Positions 1 to 13,554 of a stretch of DNA of 64,000 nt are shown piece by piece. Each line of letters begins with the position of its first letter. Position 1 is the first letter of the stretch. The DNA lies in NCBI GenBank assembly GCA_030704615.1, contig CM060732.1, positions 27,776,001 through 27,840,000 on the forward strand. Reading direction: 5' to 3'. A program made the position numbers and the translations under genes. The notes below the pieces were generated by a model. The model ran no database searches, was not told the origin of the DNA, and worked only from the letters and a program-made list of their open reading frames with translations. The stretch comes from Takakia lepidozioides. Its lineage: Eukaryota > Plantae > Bryophyta.

Positions 1-601
1 AGAATGTGGTTGTTGGTGACTTATGTGAGTTAACCAAAACCGCCTTGGCTGCAGAACCTTCTGTGACAGTGTTCACCCATTAGCTAGGGTGTCAGATAGT
101 GCGTCATGGAGAGAGTCCGGTGAATGTCCATGGGTTGCCTAGGGCAGTCTGAGCCCGTTTGTTTTTATGTCTGCAATTCTGATGATGGGCAGGCACATTT
201 TGAATTCTTGCAAGACAATTGGGCAGTTGATTGTTGAACCCGCTGCAGTTGCTGATTTGTTCAATGATTCGTTCAATGCGTAGCTTGGAGTTAAGTGTTT
301 GCAATTTTTTTGGTTTCTTGGCTGCGTTGTGCACTCAGGGTTTCAACAGCTTCTCCCAATCCCGTGTGTGATCCTGTGTACGGTTGATACACGCAGTTTA
401 TTCATTCGATAGATCCATGTTAACAAGTAAAATATTGAGGAGGGTCCTTTGAAAGACACGGTTGTTTGTTATTTATATGTGGAATTCTGGTTGTGCACTA
501 CATGATAGTTGCAACTCAACAACATGGGTTGGCTGTTGTGGGGATACTTCTCAAAGATTTTGTAGCACCTACAGCATGTAGCAGGGTTTTGCTTTTCTTC
601 C

Positions 602-948
602 TGCTTTTGTTGCTTTTCTTTGTTTTTCTGTCTTGAGTTCGAGTAGTTTAAGCAGTCAATGAACACAAGGTCAGGTGCTTAAGGTTTGCAAATAATTTAT
701 TTATTCCGTAGGATGGAATCTGCTCAGATTCAAGATTGGATTGGATTGTAAGTAATCTCTGCATTTCAGTATGGTCTGTGATTGACCCTCATGCTTTTCT
801 ATACCTTCTCTTTTGCTTTTGTTGCTTTTCTTTGTTTTTCTGTCTTGAGTTCGAGTAGTGCAAGCAGTCAATGAACAGAAGGTCAAGTGCTTAGGGTTTG
901 CAAATAATTTATTTATTCCATAGGATGGAATCTGCTCAGATTCAAGAT
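602..948. repeat. ~135-bp direct duplication (602-737 / 814-948)
   Basis: tgcttttgttgcttttctttgtttttctgtcttgagttcgagtag...ggatggaatctgctcagattcaagat occurs twice with a few substitutions. Confidence 0.85.
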
Positions 949-951
949 AGA

Positions 952-1796
952 TTGTACTCATAGGACGTTGTTTGCCGTAGCCTTGTGGACATTGACCCCG
1001 TGCCCAGTTTGAGCGGGAACAAAAGGGATAGAACCTACCTCTGTCAGGGGCTGACGTTGGTAGTAAGTCTTACCTTGATATTTAGAATTAATCCGGGTTT
1101 TCCAGATATCCTCTAGAAATCCCTTCACACAAGCATCAATCTGCTGTGTTTGATTTGCCCAAAAACTAGGCCTCAGGAGGGCCTGGGTTTTCGGCTCAGC
1201 CTCGAGACTTTCAAAGTTGGTAAACAGGGGTACAGGCACAATTCCCTTGATAGATTTGAAGAGAGCGTCTCTTTGGTGAGAGAACCCTGGACAGTGTATC
1301 AGAAAATGAATACTGTCTTCAGATTGCCCACACAATGGGCAATTGCACTCTCCCTTTCCTCTCTGCTTCTGTTTGCTGTTCAAAGGTAGGCTTCCTGCCC
1401 CGAGTTTAAATTTCAGTCTAGTGCCGAGAGTGGGTAGACCCTTGAGGTCATCCAAGATGTCCTCCCCCATGTCACTGACTGGAAACAGGTTCAGGGAAGT
1501 TTTCTGCCTAACTTCATTTTCATCAGACAATCTCATGGCAAAAGACATGGCTTTGGACACTACTGCCTCTAAGTCAGATTTATCCAGCAGGGTCAAGACT
1601 TGCGGCTCCAGGTCCAGGTCCTTGAGAATCTCTTCTACTCTCTTCTGCCAGGACTTAGCCTGTTTGACAGGGCGGTCCTGTTTCCAAGATATAGAGTCGA
1701 TTAACTTAGGATATCTGGTGTTGGGCATATGTTGCAGCTGACCCCACCATCTGACCTTGAATTCATCTCGTCGGGAGCTTAAGGACGGAATGCCAA
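952..1796 (-). mobile_element. 5'-truncated non-LTR retrotransposon (LINE), C-terminal ORF2 with zinc finger
   Basis: ORF 958-1728 contains CPLC...HFLIHC. Flanked by a 14-bp TSD AGATTCAAGATAGA (938-951, 1797-1810). Same family as 62620-63760. Confidence 0.85.
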
Positions 1797-1874
1797 AGAT
1801 TCAAGATAGAACAACAATAGAACAATAGTGGAAAGAAAAGGGACAATTCTTCATGATTAGTTTGTTTCTTAGCT

Positions 1875-2102
1875 ATGACTAGTGTTAGGGTAGTGACGTG
1901 CGGTTAACAATCTCCCTTTGAAGGTGGGGTTACTTTATTTTCATACTTGCCCTCTAGACACCCGATGACATTGCAAATCAATATGGGGATTTGTTTGATC
2001 AAGAGGGAGTTCTGCTGCTTGGGAGCGATTCCTTGGACCCAGGAGACTATACCTTTAAGCAGGTTGATGCTCCTTCAACAACAGACACAAGTAAAGGCAG
2101 TG
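1875..2102 (+). pseudogene. Probable disrupted first exon (header domain) of the Crinkler-like gene
   Basis: Frame DDIANQYGDLFDQEGVLLLGSDSLDPGDYTFK ends in phase 1 at GT 2103 and joins in frame to the AG acceptor at 2899-2900. The upstream ATG frame (1875) has a stop and needs a frameshift. Confidence 0.4.
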
Positions 2103-2900
2103 GTAAACCCTTCTCCCTGTCATCGGGGTTTTGTCATCGGGATAATTTAGGTTTTCCTGTGGCGGTCTGAGTTTCTTAGGGCTCTGCGGCCTGAGTTTGC
2201 TGATAGTGAGGTTTAAGTACTTAGGGTTTGTTGTCACCAGATCGTTTCAAGGTTATTGAAAGCTTTGCAAACTTTGTGAGGCAGGCAGCTCCACTTGCCT
2301 TCACTCCATAAACTTTTGCAAGGCTTTCGTAGCAAGGGTTGTAGGGTATGTCTTCTTGTACTTACTGGAGCTGTTTGTCCTGTAGGTTATGTTTACTCCC
2401 GCAGGGTCCCCTAAATCCCCAACGTCCCATTTGGTGTAATTCAGAGGTTGTGTAGATTCTTGGCACCTAGGTTGCTGATGCTGGGATCTTTTCTTGATTC
2501 TTTTCATAGCTAGGGTTTGTTTGATGCGTGGCTGCAAATATGAGTAGTATCGTTCAAACCCCTCATTTCTCATGAGTGCCTAGGGTTGTCTTTATTTGTT
2601 GCATCGAGTATTTGTGGAGTTCTTGATACTTAGGTTTTGTTTCTGGAGTTTGTCTGGACAATGATTAGCTAGAGTAACGAGTTGCCTTGTGGTGGTTTGA
2701 GATTCTTAGGGTCCTGTGGCCTGAGTTTGCTGATAGTGAGGGGTTCGTTTGTCACCGGATCGTGGTAACTTCTGCCTTGATATTCTGGTAGTTGACCGTC
2801 ATTTTGGTCGTTCACTTGTGAGTGCTTGCAGTCCTTGCATCCACTTCTATTGTTATTCTGAGTCATTTTGTTGCTGTTGTTTGTGATACATCTCAAGCAG

Positions 2901-4324
2901 GTTACCGCAAAGATCGTTCCGAAGCTTGGATTAGGTGCATGCTGCTCCCACAGCTACCTGAGCTCCCCCAAAATAAGGCCGGTCTTGAAAAGGTATTGTT
3001 CCCTGAGCAGCATCGGAAGCTTCCTGTAACGCCGCAGACCTACGAGTATGTATCAGCAACAATGCCCGAGTTGGCGGCGAATGTTTTAATTGAGACAGAT
3101 GGTTCAAGACTTCCTTGTTTAGTGGGAGCCTTCCTATCGCGCCAACTTGAGGAGATAGTCACCGAGATACAAACATCGTTCCTCGTTGCATGCGGCGGCT
3201 TGCAAGAGTTCTTTGGCGTTTTCAAGCAATATGTGGCCGGTTTTAAGGTCACGTTTTCGTTCAATTCTTTTAAAAGTTTCTCCCAAACTACTGCACGCAG
3301 GACAAGGCCTGATACGATTGGCATAGCCTTTGGATGCACCTTCCTAGTAGGTGAAGACAAGGTTGACAACTTGCATGCAGCTGAAGGCGATCTTCGTTCT
3401 AAGATGAGGTCGCTTAATCCGATGTTTTATGGGGAATTGAAATTTATTCTAGGCTACGTAGCAGCAGGCACTGAATTTCAGTGGGTGTACATTGGCAGGA
3501 GAGGTCCGAAGGAGTTGTATCCAGTGGGTCGACGTCTTAACCTATCAGATATTTCTGATCGCTGCCATTTTTTACTCAGCGTAGGCTATGCCTTCCAGCT
3601 AATGAAGAAAATGCAGGACTCTGTTCCGGTAGTCCCAGGTCGCCGTGCCATGTTTTCTATGGAAAAGTCACCGGATGGAAGGAGGAGTATTTACTTTTAT
3701 GATGACAAAGTGGCGAAGCACATTAGAGACTTTTCTAGTTATAGTGCTGACCAGGGGACGAATATTACCGTGATAAAGAGGGCTTATGTTGCTGCGACAA
3801 CATGTAAGTTTCTGCCGCAGATGGTGACATTGCCTGTCGAAACTGCTCATGGATCCTACAGAGTTGAGTTTGGTCCTCTTGGATACCAATGCAGATTGGA
3901 GTCTGAAGAGGAATGCAGGTGGATGGCTCACTGTGTCTGCCGAGCCTTATGTATCCTCCACAGTGCGGGCCTGGTGCACAGGGATATCCGACTCCCAAAT
4001 ATTGTGCGCCTTTCAGATACAGATTTCACGCTCATCGACCTCGAATCTGTAGCAGATTTTCCTTTCAAATTGTTTGATGGATTTCAGCCTTTCTCAGCCT
4101 GGGATCCGGAGATGTATGAGGACAACCAGTATACGCCCTTTTCAGACATGTATAGTGTTGGCAAACTCCTGGATGAGTATATCCCCGTTGCAAGGACAGC
4201 ACATGCTGAAGACTTTATAAGGAAGCTCACTGACAAACAACTCAGTTCATCACAGGCATTACAACATCCTTGGCTATCAGAGCTCATGCTGTGGGTTTAT
4301 CCTAATTCATCTCTCATTTTGTGA
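2901..4324 (+). CDS. Crinkler (CR effector)-like PD-(D/E)xK nuclease + protein kinase
   Basis: Uninterrupted ORF 2822-4324. RPD...LVGEDK nuclease-like motif and LGYVAAG...FQW, followed by kinase motifs VHRDIRLPNIV, LIDLE, SDMYSVGKL, ALQHPWL. Confidence 0.75.
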
Positions 4325-5924
4325 CCTTGATGTTTGCTGATGTTTGCTGATGTTTGTGCAAGTGAGTAAAACCTTGTCCTTAGTTGCTACATGTTTGAGG
4401 CTCTGCTCTTAAATCTGCAATTGGATTCTCTTTAACCTATATTCTCTGATTGACCTTTTGTACACTGTTTTATGGCACCTCCAGTTTAACACATAATTCT
4501 AGATGATCTAATCAAATAGACTAAAAAGAATGAGAGGTAATTGTTGCTGGCCAAATGAGAGGGAATCCCAGAAAACTGGAGCTGTTGGAATTCATTCAGA
4601 TTGCACTGTAATTCTTGGTAAAAGGCAAAAGAGTTGTCTGCTCTGAGCTGGGCATCCCGCTTATTTGAGTCTGCGGTTCTTGCTTAAGCTTGTAGCAAAG
4701 TGGTTGTCTAATATGTTGGATGTGTCGTTTGCAGGAGTTTTGACTAGAGGTGGTGGAAGCGACTGTTGATGCACTTGCTGCTGTGCACTTCTTCATGGGG
4801 ACATTCAATGCCCTAATATCTCGGTTGATTTTAGAGGGCATTAAGGTGTTTGTTTGATCGATTTTGGTATTTCACGACCCATCACCTGTACTGAAGATCG
4901 CAAGAGAGAGTGTGTGCAACTGGAAGTCATGTTGGAACATGTGCAGAAACTCGGCGATCTTGCTCATAGGGAGGGCATCCCTGCTGGGCGTGTACACTGA
5001 ATATTGACATGTGCAGAATGTTGCTACGAAGAACTTAGTTCTTGGAGACAAGTGTTGCTGGTTTAATTTTTGGAAACCCATGAACCTCATTCTGCCATCG
5101 TGTACTCTAGGAGAATGAACCAGAGATTCTTGTACCCAGAGTGTATAGAGGTTTTTTTGGTCAAGGTCCAATAGTTCTGTACAGTACAATGACAGCACTG
5201 TTTTTCTTAATGTTTAGGAGATGTCTTTGTTGGCCTTACTGGATTTTTTGGACTCTGCAGATGGCCTTGGCCATGACAGCCTCAGTTAGTGACTCCATGA
5301 TTTCAAATTCGAGTCAGCAATCCCTTGATGCACTCTTATCTTCTTCTCCGGCACGTCGTGTTGAATGTTGCCATTGAGGCAGGATTTGACCTCCGCAACT
5401 GCATAGGTGGTTTCACCAATCCTGAGAACATCCCTGTTTCTGAGCTTCCCGTGTAATCGTGATTCCATGTTGAACTCACAGTTCACTCTTCAAGCTTAGC
5501 TTTACAAAACTAAAACTTCCGTTTCAGTTTTCGCTGGAGTAAACAAGGTATTCATTTTTGTTGATGTGTCATTATTATTCCTCTGAACAAAACAAGAAAA
5601 GAGAAAGGCACTTCATTGTATATGAAACCAGAGGTTGTTTACAGAGCCGTACTTTTCAATTTGACAACAACGTTGTTTCATGCTAAAAATTTCAAATGCT
5701 AAAAATTTCACTAAGTTTATGAAAAACAAAGATATTGCTTCAATGCTGAATCGAAATGGGGGGTTTAGGGTGAAGTAACCTAAACCCTGATTTGAGTAAG
5801 TCTGGTGGTTTGTTTAGATTAAAATCTATAATGAATCAGAACACGATTTATTGAAACTCTAACTAGGAGGAACTAACAAGCCAACCCCTACAAGTGTCTA
5901 AAAATAGGGTTTCGTCTTCAATCG

Positions 5925-6008
5925 TTTAGGGTTTAGGGTACGGTGACAGTTCAGTACATCAAAGAGATATACACAAAGATCTTTAACCTTAGGGTTTAGG
6001 GTTTAGGG
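5925..6008 (+). repeat. Interstitial plant telomeric repeats (TTTAGGG)n
   Basis: tttagggtttaggg at 5925-5938 and ttagggtttagggtttaggg at 5989-6008; single copies at 5764 and 19330. Confidence 0.75.
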
Positions 6009-6020
6009 TTCACGGTTCAC

Positions 6021-6244
6021 GGTTCACATAAAGCGTCAAAACAAGTGTAGAAGTACAACGCGGATGCACCGGGTGCAAGATAAACACGATCCGGGCAAAC
6101 AAGTTTTAGGGGGGCCAGTTATGCATCCCTGGAAAAATTTCAGATCCTGTGAATCAAACCTGAAAGGAGAGATCCTGAGAGATAGGAAACTAGAATAGAA
6201 GTATGCGAGGTGTCCTGAAATGCAACTGCAAACCTATGCAAGAG
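6021..6244 (+). repeat. ~225-bp direct repeat, copy 1 (copy 2 at 19335-19558)
   Basis: ggttcacataaagcgtcaaaacaag...gcaaacctatgcaagag near-identical in both places; both copies follow TTTAGGG. Confidence 0.9.
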
Positions 6245-6668
6245 GCAAATGTGCGTATGAGAACTATTTCACTGGATGAACAGGAGAATAAGAACCCTAT
6301 CTCTGTTTTGCAAGAGAATGGACACACTAGGAACAACTTAGATGCAGATCTCACATGCACTACTCGAGAGGGAGTTTATGGCATGCCGTATAGACACAGA
6401 GCACATAACAATGCAATGATCTACAGCAGGGGATACAAACGCATCTAAAACTCGACAACTTCAAAGGGTGAGACCACGAGGCAAGATCATGCAAAGTAGT
6501 GAAGCCAAATCTTTATAGACCCCAGACTAGTTTCGCTCAGCGCGTGAGCTCATCAGTGGGAAAGAAAAGGAATGAGATACAAACCCCACCCCCCGCTTAT
6601 ATACTACTAGGAGTGAACTGCCTCGTGTGGACAATCTTCTAGTGGATGTCTCATGAGGAGAAAAACTA

Positions 6669-6753
6669 TGTCGTGCGCATACATATCGCTACACAACTAC
6701 ATCGCTGTCCAAACCACACCACACATATATGCACAATAAAGTAGTCTGCCGCA
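6669..6753 (-). repeat. 5' LTR positions 1-85 (inverted copy of 13962-14046)
   Basis: Reverse complement of tgtggcagactactttattgtgc...gcgcacgaca with 2 C/T differences. Confidence 0.9.
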
Positions 6754-9317
6754 TTTGGAAGGCCCGCCTATGGACGATTACCACGAGTTCCGGCGAGGAC
6801 ATGAAGCAAAGATTGAGGAGTGGAGGATGTATTGGTCACCTGACTACGTCTCCATTACTCGAGGCACGACGCAACCAGTAGCTGCATCAGTACCAATAGC
6901 TCCCACTGCCAGCACTAGTAGTGGAGCAGGTAGTGCTGATACTTCTGCAGGTGGTACCAGTTCAAAAGGTGCTACTACTCCTCCTGCCACAACTACAATA
7001 CATGTGCCTAGATTCAACCCGGTGGTGGAGTTCTTCCAGGAGTTGCGGAGGAACTACGAAGGTGTACGGACAGAGAAGCTGCGAAGTTTGCAAGACTTCC
7101 AGCGCAAACCCAGTGAGAGCCTACGAGAGGCGTACACTCGTATGAGGCGCTTGATAAGTGTGACCCAAAGGGTTACTGAAGCTCAGGCAATCCAGTTTTG
7201 GTATGGAATTCTGGACAAGGAGCTCAAGAGAAGGGTGCGAGATGCAACCCTGTTACAAGCAGCCCAACCCACATTAGCAGATGTGTTTCTGCTGGCTGAG
7301 CGGATTGAGCTCAACATGGTGGAGGAGCGAGTTGTTACAATTGGATTTGGCAAGGACATGCCTGTACGGGGCACAGCTGTCAGCCCACAAGCACAAGGGA
7401 CTGCCCAACAGCGTGGTCAGGGGGCAAGGTTGCCCAGCCCAAGTTCCATGGAGCTTACAGGGGACCTCAGGTGCAGAGGTCCGTGGCATCTTTTGCAGGC
7501 CAACAGCAACCAGGGGTGATATGTTGGACATGTGGAGGACCCCATGTCAAGAGAGATTGCCCAGAGAGTGACAGAAGGCCGGCACAAGCACAGCCTACAT
7601 AGTTGCAGTGTGGGCATTGTGGCAAGTATGGGCATGGAGATGCCCAGTGTTATGACTTGCATCCTGAGTTGCGCCCAGGCCAGTTCCAAGGGAACAATGG
7701 TGGCCGAGGGCGAGGTGGACCAGCCCAGAGAGGACGAGGTGGTCGGGCACGAGGTGCAGGCCAAGGGCAAGCTCAACATGGCCAAGGACGCGGAGGTCAG
7801 GGCGTTGATCAAGGCATGGCCAACCGGCTTCAGCAACTAGAGCAGAGGCTCGCTGCCATGGCTATAGCTCAGGCGGTACCGGCTCCCAGGCGGGATGGTC
7901 CACCTCCTGCTCCTGAGGGAGGAGATATGGGAGGCATGGGATTTATGTGCGGAGCAGCACTACCACTAGAGCAGGTGGAGTCTGCTGCAGCCGTGACTCG
8001 AGGAGCAGCACGAGTTCCTGAGCCACGAGGTGCAGAGGTGGAATTGGATCCACAGCGTGGGGAGGCAAGCCGTCAGGCAAGGCTTCCTCAGTCATTCACA
8101 TTGGCGGAGACTGTGTCGACACCATCCATGGCACTTAGTTCTCGCCCGACTGTTACCGAGGCGGAGGTTACTATGCCATTGGGGAGAGCTACACGTGCAG
8201 CATTGACTCCTGCTGCCAAGGCTAGTGCGGCCGGTGTGTTATTGGGGGCAGCCACCTCTGTGTGTCAGGCCCCACTGTTCTCGGCAACAATGATTGCGAC
8301 GCCGGGGTGAGACCAGCTGCAGTGTTCAGACTAGCAGCAACACTCTGTGAGAGTGGGGAGGTCACTTCATCTTCTGCGGAGTTAGTGGAAGGTATAGTGG
8401 CAGAGGGATCCTCGGATTTGAGGGTCAAGACTGCCACGGCTGCGCCATGGCAAGTTGCAGCTGCCAGGTTGACGGAGCTGCCAGCTAGGCCAGCCATTGA
8501 GCGCGCCATGGTGACACCTGGAGTTGTCTTGTTAGACAACCAGGGAGGCATTGTCACTTTGAGTGGACCGGCAGGCAAGAAGTACCGGCCACTGCGGGTC
8601 TTGTTGGACTCAGGAGCTCAGCCACTGATGTTGGGCAGAGCTGCTATTGCAGATTTGGGCCTCATGGAGGCGGATATGGAGCCTTGTCCTTTCCAGATAC
8701 AGACATCTCTGGGAGGATCAGAGCAGGCTCGCGGCATGACACGGCATCAGTTGGCTATTAGACTGCAGCCGGATCATCCTGTAGATGGCTCAGTGATGCG
8801 AGCCAAGGCCATTGTGACAGACGCGGTCTCTTACGATGTCCTCGTTGGTGGGGCAGTGTTATACCCCATGGGCTTCACCCTGGATTTCTGGGAGGAGTCA
8901 GCATCCTATAGGCCTGGATGGCAGTCAGGGGATGGTCGTCGTGCACAGCTCCCTGTGACATTCATTGGGGGTATTGCAGCTGCCCAGCGGGGCAAGATGC
9001 CAACACTAGCCGCCTTCACAGCTGCAGTTAGTTGGCCTGGAGAGTTGCTGGAAGGCAATGCCCATGCAGAGGATGTGCCACCTCCAGCAGAGCAGGATGA
9101 CATGCATGGTACGGCGGAGTTGCCTGCCATGGTTGCTCACACTCCGTTGTGGGGTACGAGCAAGGATTTGCAGCAAGCTGCTGATGGACGGGTGCAACAA
9201 GCTTGGGTAGAAGCTTTTGTACCGTCAGGAGAGGAGGAGCGTGCGGTGATTGCACCAGGGCCACCTCAGTTGTCGCCATTGGACACCACACCTCTTGTGT
9301 GGCAGCGGCCGGATGAA

Positions 9318-10265
9318 GACATATGCCTTCTGGACTTATTTGGCGGAATCAGCACTGGATTGGCTGCAGTGCTGCAGGCAGGTGTACGAGTTCGACGTTA
9401 CCTGTATGTGGAGAGGGATGAGACTGCACGACGCGTCTCACTGCGCCATGTTGCTCAGATGGTGCAGCAGCACCCTGAGTTGTTGCCGGTGTCTGCAGTT
9501 CGTGGATATCAGCAGGCCTTGCCAGCAGACATTGCGTTGCTGGGGGCGCAGGATTTGGAGCGGGTTGGCTCCATTGATCTGGTAGTGGCAGGTTGGCCCT
9601 GCCAAGGGCATTCATCAGCCGGGCATGGCAATGGATTGCGAGACTCGAGGACGGGTCTGTTTTGGGAGATGGTGCGGATTTTGCGCCACTTGCAGCTTCA
9701 TCAGGCTGTATCTCCGGCATACATCTTGGAGAATGTGCCACTGATGGGTGATTCTCGGGCCAGAGTGATGGCCAGTGTGCATCAAGTCCGGTCGTGGCTT
9801 GGGTCAGCAGTATTGCTGGATGCAGCTGCAGTGGGGTCACGGGCTCATCGTCCACGACTATGGTGGACTAACTTGATGCCACCCGCACTGCTCAAGCGTG
9901 CATTTGATGGGGTGCAGCGGCCAGCACACCTCACCGTGGATGGCATTTTGGACACAGGAAGGCAGTCTCAACGTGTGAGACACGATGACCGTTCGCCTTT
10001 GGCAGTGGTCAACAGGGTGGGTCAACCACGAGCAGCATTACCTACACTGCTCAGCTTCCCAGGATCCCATGCTTTTCGGGATGGTGGACCTGGCCTCTTG
10101 TGGGATGCTCAGTTGCAGCAGTTAGTGGAGCCTAATGCCGACGAGCGAGAGCGGGCTATGGGGTTTTCCACTGGGACCACGGCGGTGCCTTCTCTTTCTG
10201 AGGCATCACGTCGTCAAGTGTTTGGGGCAAGCAATGGATCTCAATTGCTTGACCTGGATTGTCAG
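9318..10265 (+). CDS. DNMT3-like C5 cytosine methyltransferase domain within pol
   Basis: Motif I LLDLFGGISTG, II YVERD, IV GWPCQGHS (catalytic PC), VI ILENV, VIII HRPRLWWTNL, IX ERERAMGF, X RRQV/LGQAMD after a 1-nt shift. Confidence 0.92.
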
Positions 10266-13200
10266 CTTGGCTATAGCTGAGCAACGTAGAGTGCGGAGTG
10301 CACTTCCCTTGACGGTCTCTCTGCCTACCGAGACGGTACAGGCAGCGAGTGGGGGCGAGCCGGTGAGGACCACGAGGTGTAGACATCCATGGCACACGTG
10401 GGAGGTGCTCGAGGTTCAGAGGGAGTTGGCAGCGAAGGCAGCTGTGATGGATGAGGTTGGGGATTCTTCTCGGGATGAGGAGGTTCTCAATGATGAGATG
10501 ATGGGGCAGGATGAGGCCTTGTCATTGACTAAGCAGGAAGGGGGTACTGCTCAAGAGGTTGCAGCATAGCAACCACGGGACGCGTCCTCTACCTCTAAGC
10601 CCACTGGACTTAAGGTTGCAGTTACGGAGGACAATTGGGAGCCTGACATTGGACCCATTGTCACCGGAGGAGAGAGACGACGTATACGGCGGTTCCTGAG
10701 GGCTTATAGGAATTGCTTTGCCTTCAGTTTGAAGGACTTGGGAGCACTGAAGGGTCAAGAGATCCGTATTGAGTTGGCCACTGACACGCCAATCTTTCGG
10801 AGACCCTATAGATACAGTGACATGGAGAGGTCTTTGATTCAGATGAGGACTCAAGATCTCTGGGAGGCAGGTTTGGTGGAGCTCTCTGGTGGAGAGTATG
10901 CTTCAGCCACGGTGATGCCAGCTAAGAAGGATGTCTATGGCAATTGGACGGAGAGATGTATGTGGGTGATTACCGGCCTGTAAATCGTCAGACCAAGTCC
11001 GATAGGTATGCCATGCCAACACCAGAGGAGATCTTTGATGCCATTGGGCATTCCAAGGTCTTTAGCATGTTGGATTTACGATCCGGATATCACCAGTTGC
11101 CGATCAAGGAGGCGGATAAGCAAAAGACGGCATTCTGGGGGATCAATGAGCACGGGAAGGATTGCCTATACCAGTGGCGGTTCTTACCATTTGGGCTTAA
11201 AAACGCTCCCGCTGAGTTTCAAAGAGTCATGGACAGGATTCTAGCATGGGTGGAGTTTGCTCGGTGCTACATAGATGACATCATCATCTTTAGTGCTACG
11301 GTGGAGGAGCATGAGAGACACCTTCACGGGGTATTTGAGCGCTTGAGGACGCACGGATTGAAGTTACATCCGGGCAAGTGCAAGTTTTTCCACAACCAGA
11401 TTGAGTATCTGGGTCACATGATATATCCTGGAGGATTGGGGGTACAACAGACTAAGGTAGAGTCCATTGCACAGGTTCCACGCCCCACGGATGTGAGCCG
11501 AGTTCGAGCTTTCATGGGGTTAGCAAACTATTACAGACGGTTTGTTAAGGGATTTAGTGCCATTGCAAAGGCTCTAACCAAGCTGACCAAGGTGGACCAG
11601 GAGTGGCAGTGGGAAGATGAGCAAGAACAAGCTTTTCAAGAGCTCAAGGCGAGGTTGACCTCGGCGCCCATCTTGAGACGACCTATCAGGGGGCGTCCTT
11701 TTCAGCTGCATACAGATTGGAGCATGCTGGGGCTTGGAGCGGTGCTCACACAGGTGGATGATGAGGGAAGAGAGTTCGTAGTGGCTTATGCTAGCCGCTC
11801 GAACAATGCTGCAGAGTCTAAGTATAGCTCATATGAGGGAGAATGCTTAGCTGCAGTGTGGGCCGTGGCACACTTCAGGTGCTATCTATACGGCAATCTC
11901 TTCACCCTTGTCACGGATCACCAACCACTCAAGTGGTTGATGGAGTCAGACAAGCTTACGGGGAAGCTTGCACGGTGGGCACTCATCCTTCAAGAGTATG
12001 ACTTTCAGGTGGTGCATCGACCGGGTTTGGTCAATCGAAATGCAGATGGGTTGAGTCGCAATCCATGCACGAGCCAGCAGGATGACACTGGAGCTCGGTG
12101 GCATGGTGAGACAGACGAGGAGATGGTGCCCGGATGGCATGCATCTGCATTTCTGTGTATCTTGGCAGCGGAAGGCCAGGTTGGACCTACAACAGGGATG
12201 ACTGTAGATCAAGTGTCTGAGGACCCTGAGGCCAGCAATGAGCAGGGTGGCGCCAAAGATATACATGAGGATTCAGTTGTGTTGGACTACCTCCGCAGTG
12301 GAGACACGGCAGCCACTATGACTGCCAAGGAGAGGGATCGGATCCTACAACGAGCCAAGAGGTTCAGGTGGGAGGGGACACACCTGCTCCGAGTGTGGGA
12401 GGATGGTCGAGTGAGGATTGTGCCTCACCCAACACAGCGGGCACGGTTAGTGCGGCATGCCCATGAGGAGTTGGGGCATTTTGGGGTGCGACGCACTCAT
12501 AGTCTACTGCAGGGGCAGTATTGGTGGCGTGGTATGCACACAGAGGTGCAACAATTTGTGGCTAGGTGCATGGTGTGTGACAGGGTGCGTGCTTCATTCA
12601 ACGCCCCTACTCCACAATTGCACCCTCTTCCGATCATGGGATTGGGCTACAGGTGGAGTCTTGACTTCGCAGGGCCGTTGCCACTGACCATGCGCCACAA
12701 CAAGTACGTGTTGGTGATGGTGGAGCACTTCTCCAAGTGGATTGAATTGGTTCCATTGCCTGATAAGGCTAGTGAGGGAGCTGCGTATGCATTCCTGGAT
12801 TGTGTGCTTAGCCGATTCGGTGCTCCAGCTGAGGTACTCACGGACCAAGGGAGAGAGTTCTTGGGGGAGTTTCAGGCTTTGTGTGACAAGGCCTTGATAG
12901 ACCACCGCACCACTTCTCGGGATCATCCTGAAGCCGATGGCTTGGCAGAGAGAGTTGTTCAGACAGTAAAGAGGGGTTTGCGCAAGTATGGCTTGCAGAA
13001 GGGACACCTAGGAGATTGGGACCTTCAGTTACCCTGGTTAGCCATGGGCTACAGGTTCAGCAAGCAAGCATCACTTGCCTCCTTCTCACCATACTTTCTT
13101 CTCTTTGGCCGAGAGCCGGATTTGCCGACATCCATTCGCAGAGAAGCTGCTACAGTTCTTAACCTTGACGATCCGGACGTGTGGGCACGTGCATGTGAGC

Positions 13201-13554
13201 AGCGTGCAGAGTTGTTCAAGAGAGTCATGCCCATGGCTTTCGAGAACCTTGTCATTGCACAACACCGTGATACGTTGAGGTATGCTACCATACGTGGTGG
13301 GGGCTATCGTCCTGGGGTTCGGAGATTCAACCCTGGTGACTATGTCTATCTGCAGCAGACTGCTCCTACGACCCTGGATGTGACTGCATGACGTGTTATT
13401 TTGAGGGTTCGAGAGGTCTTGCCCTCAGGCGTCTTGGTCTTGGAGGGTCGGGATGGCATAACTTGGAAGGTCCATGTGCGTAATTGTGCGCCATGTCACC
13501 TTCCGAATGTCGATGGCAGGATTGACCCAAACCTGGCAGTGGTATCTGCAGGTT

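Noticed and set aside
4735-4846. Protein kinase exon (LLHGDIQCPNISVD)
   Set aside because: Short, contains stops and has no supporting neighbouring exons
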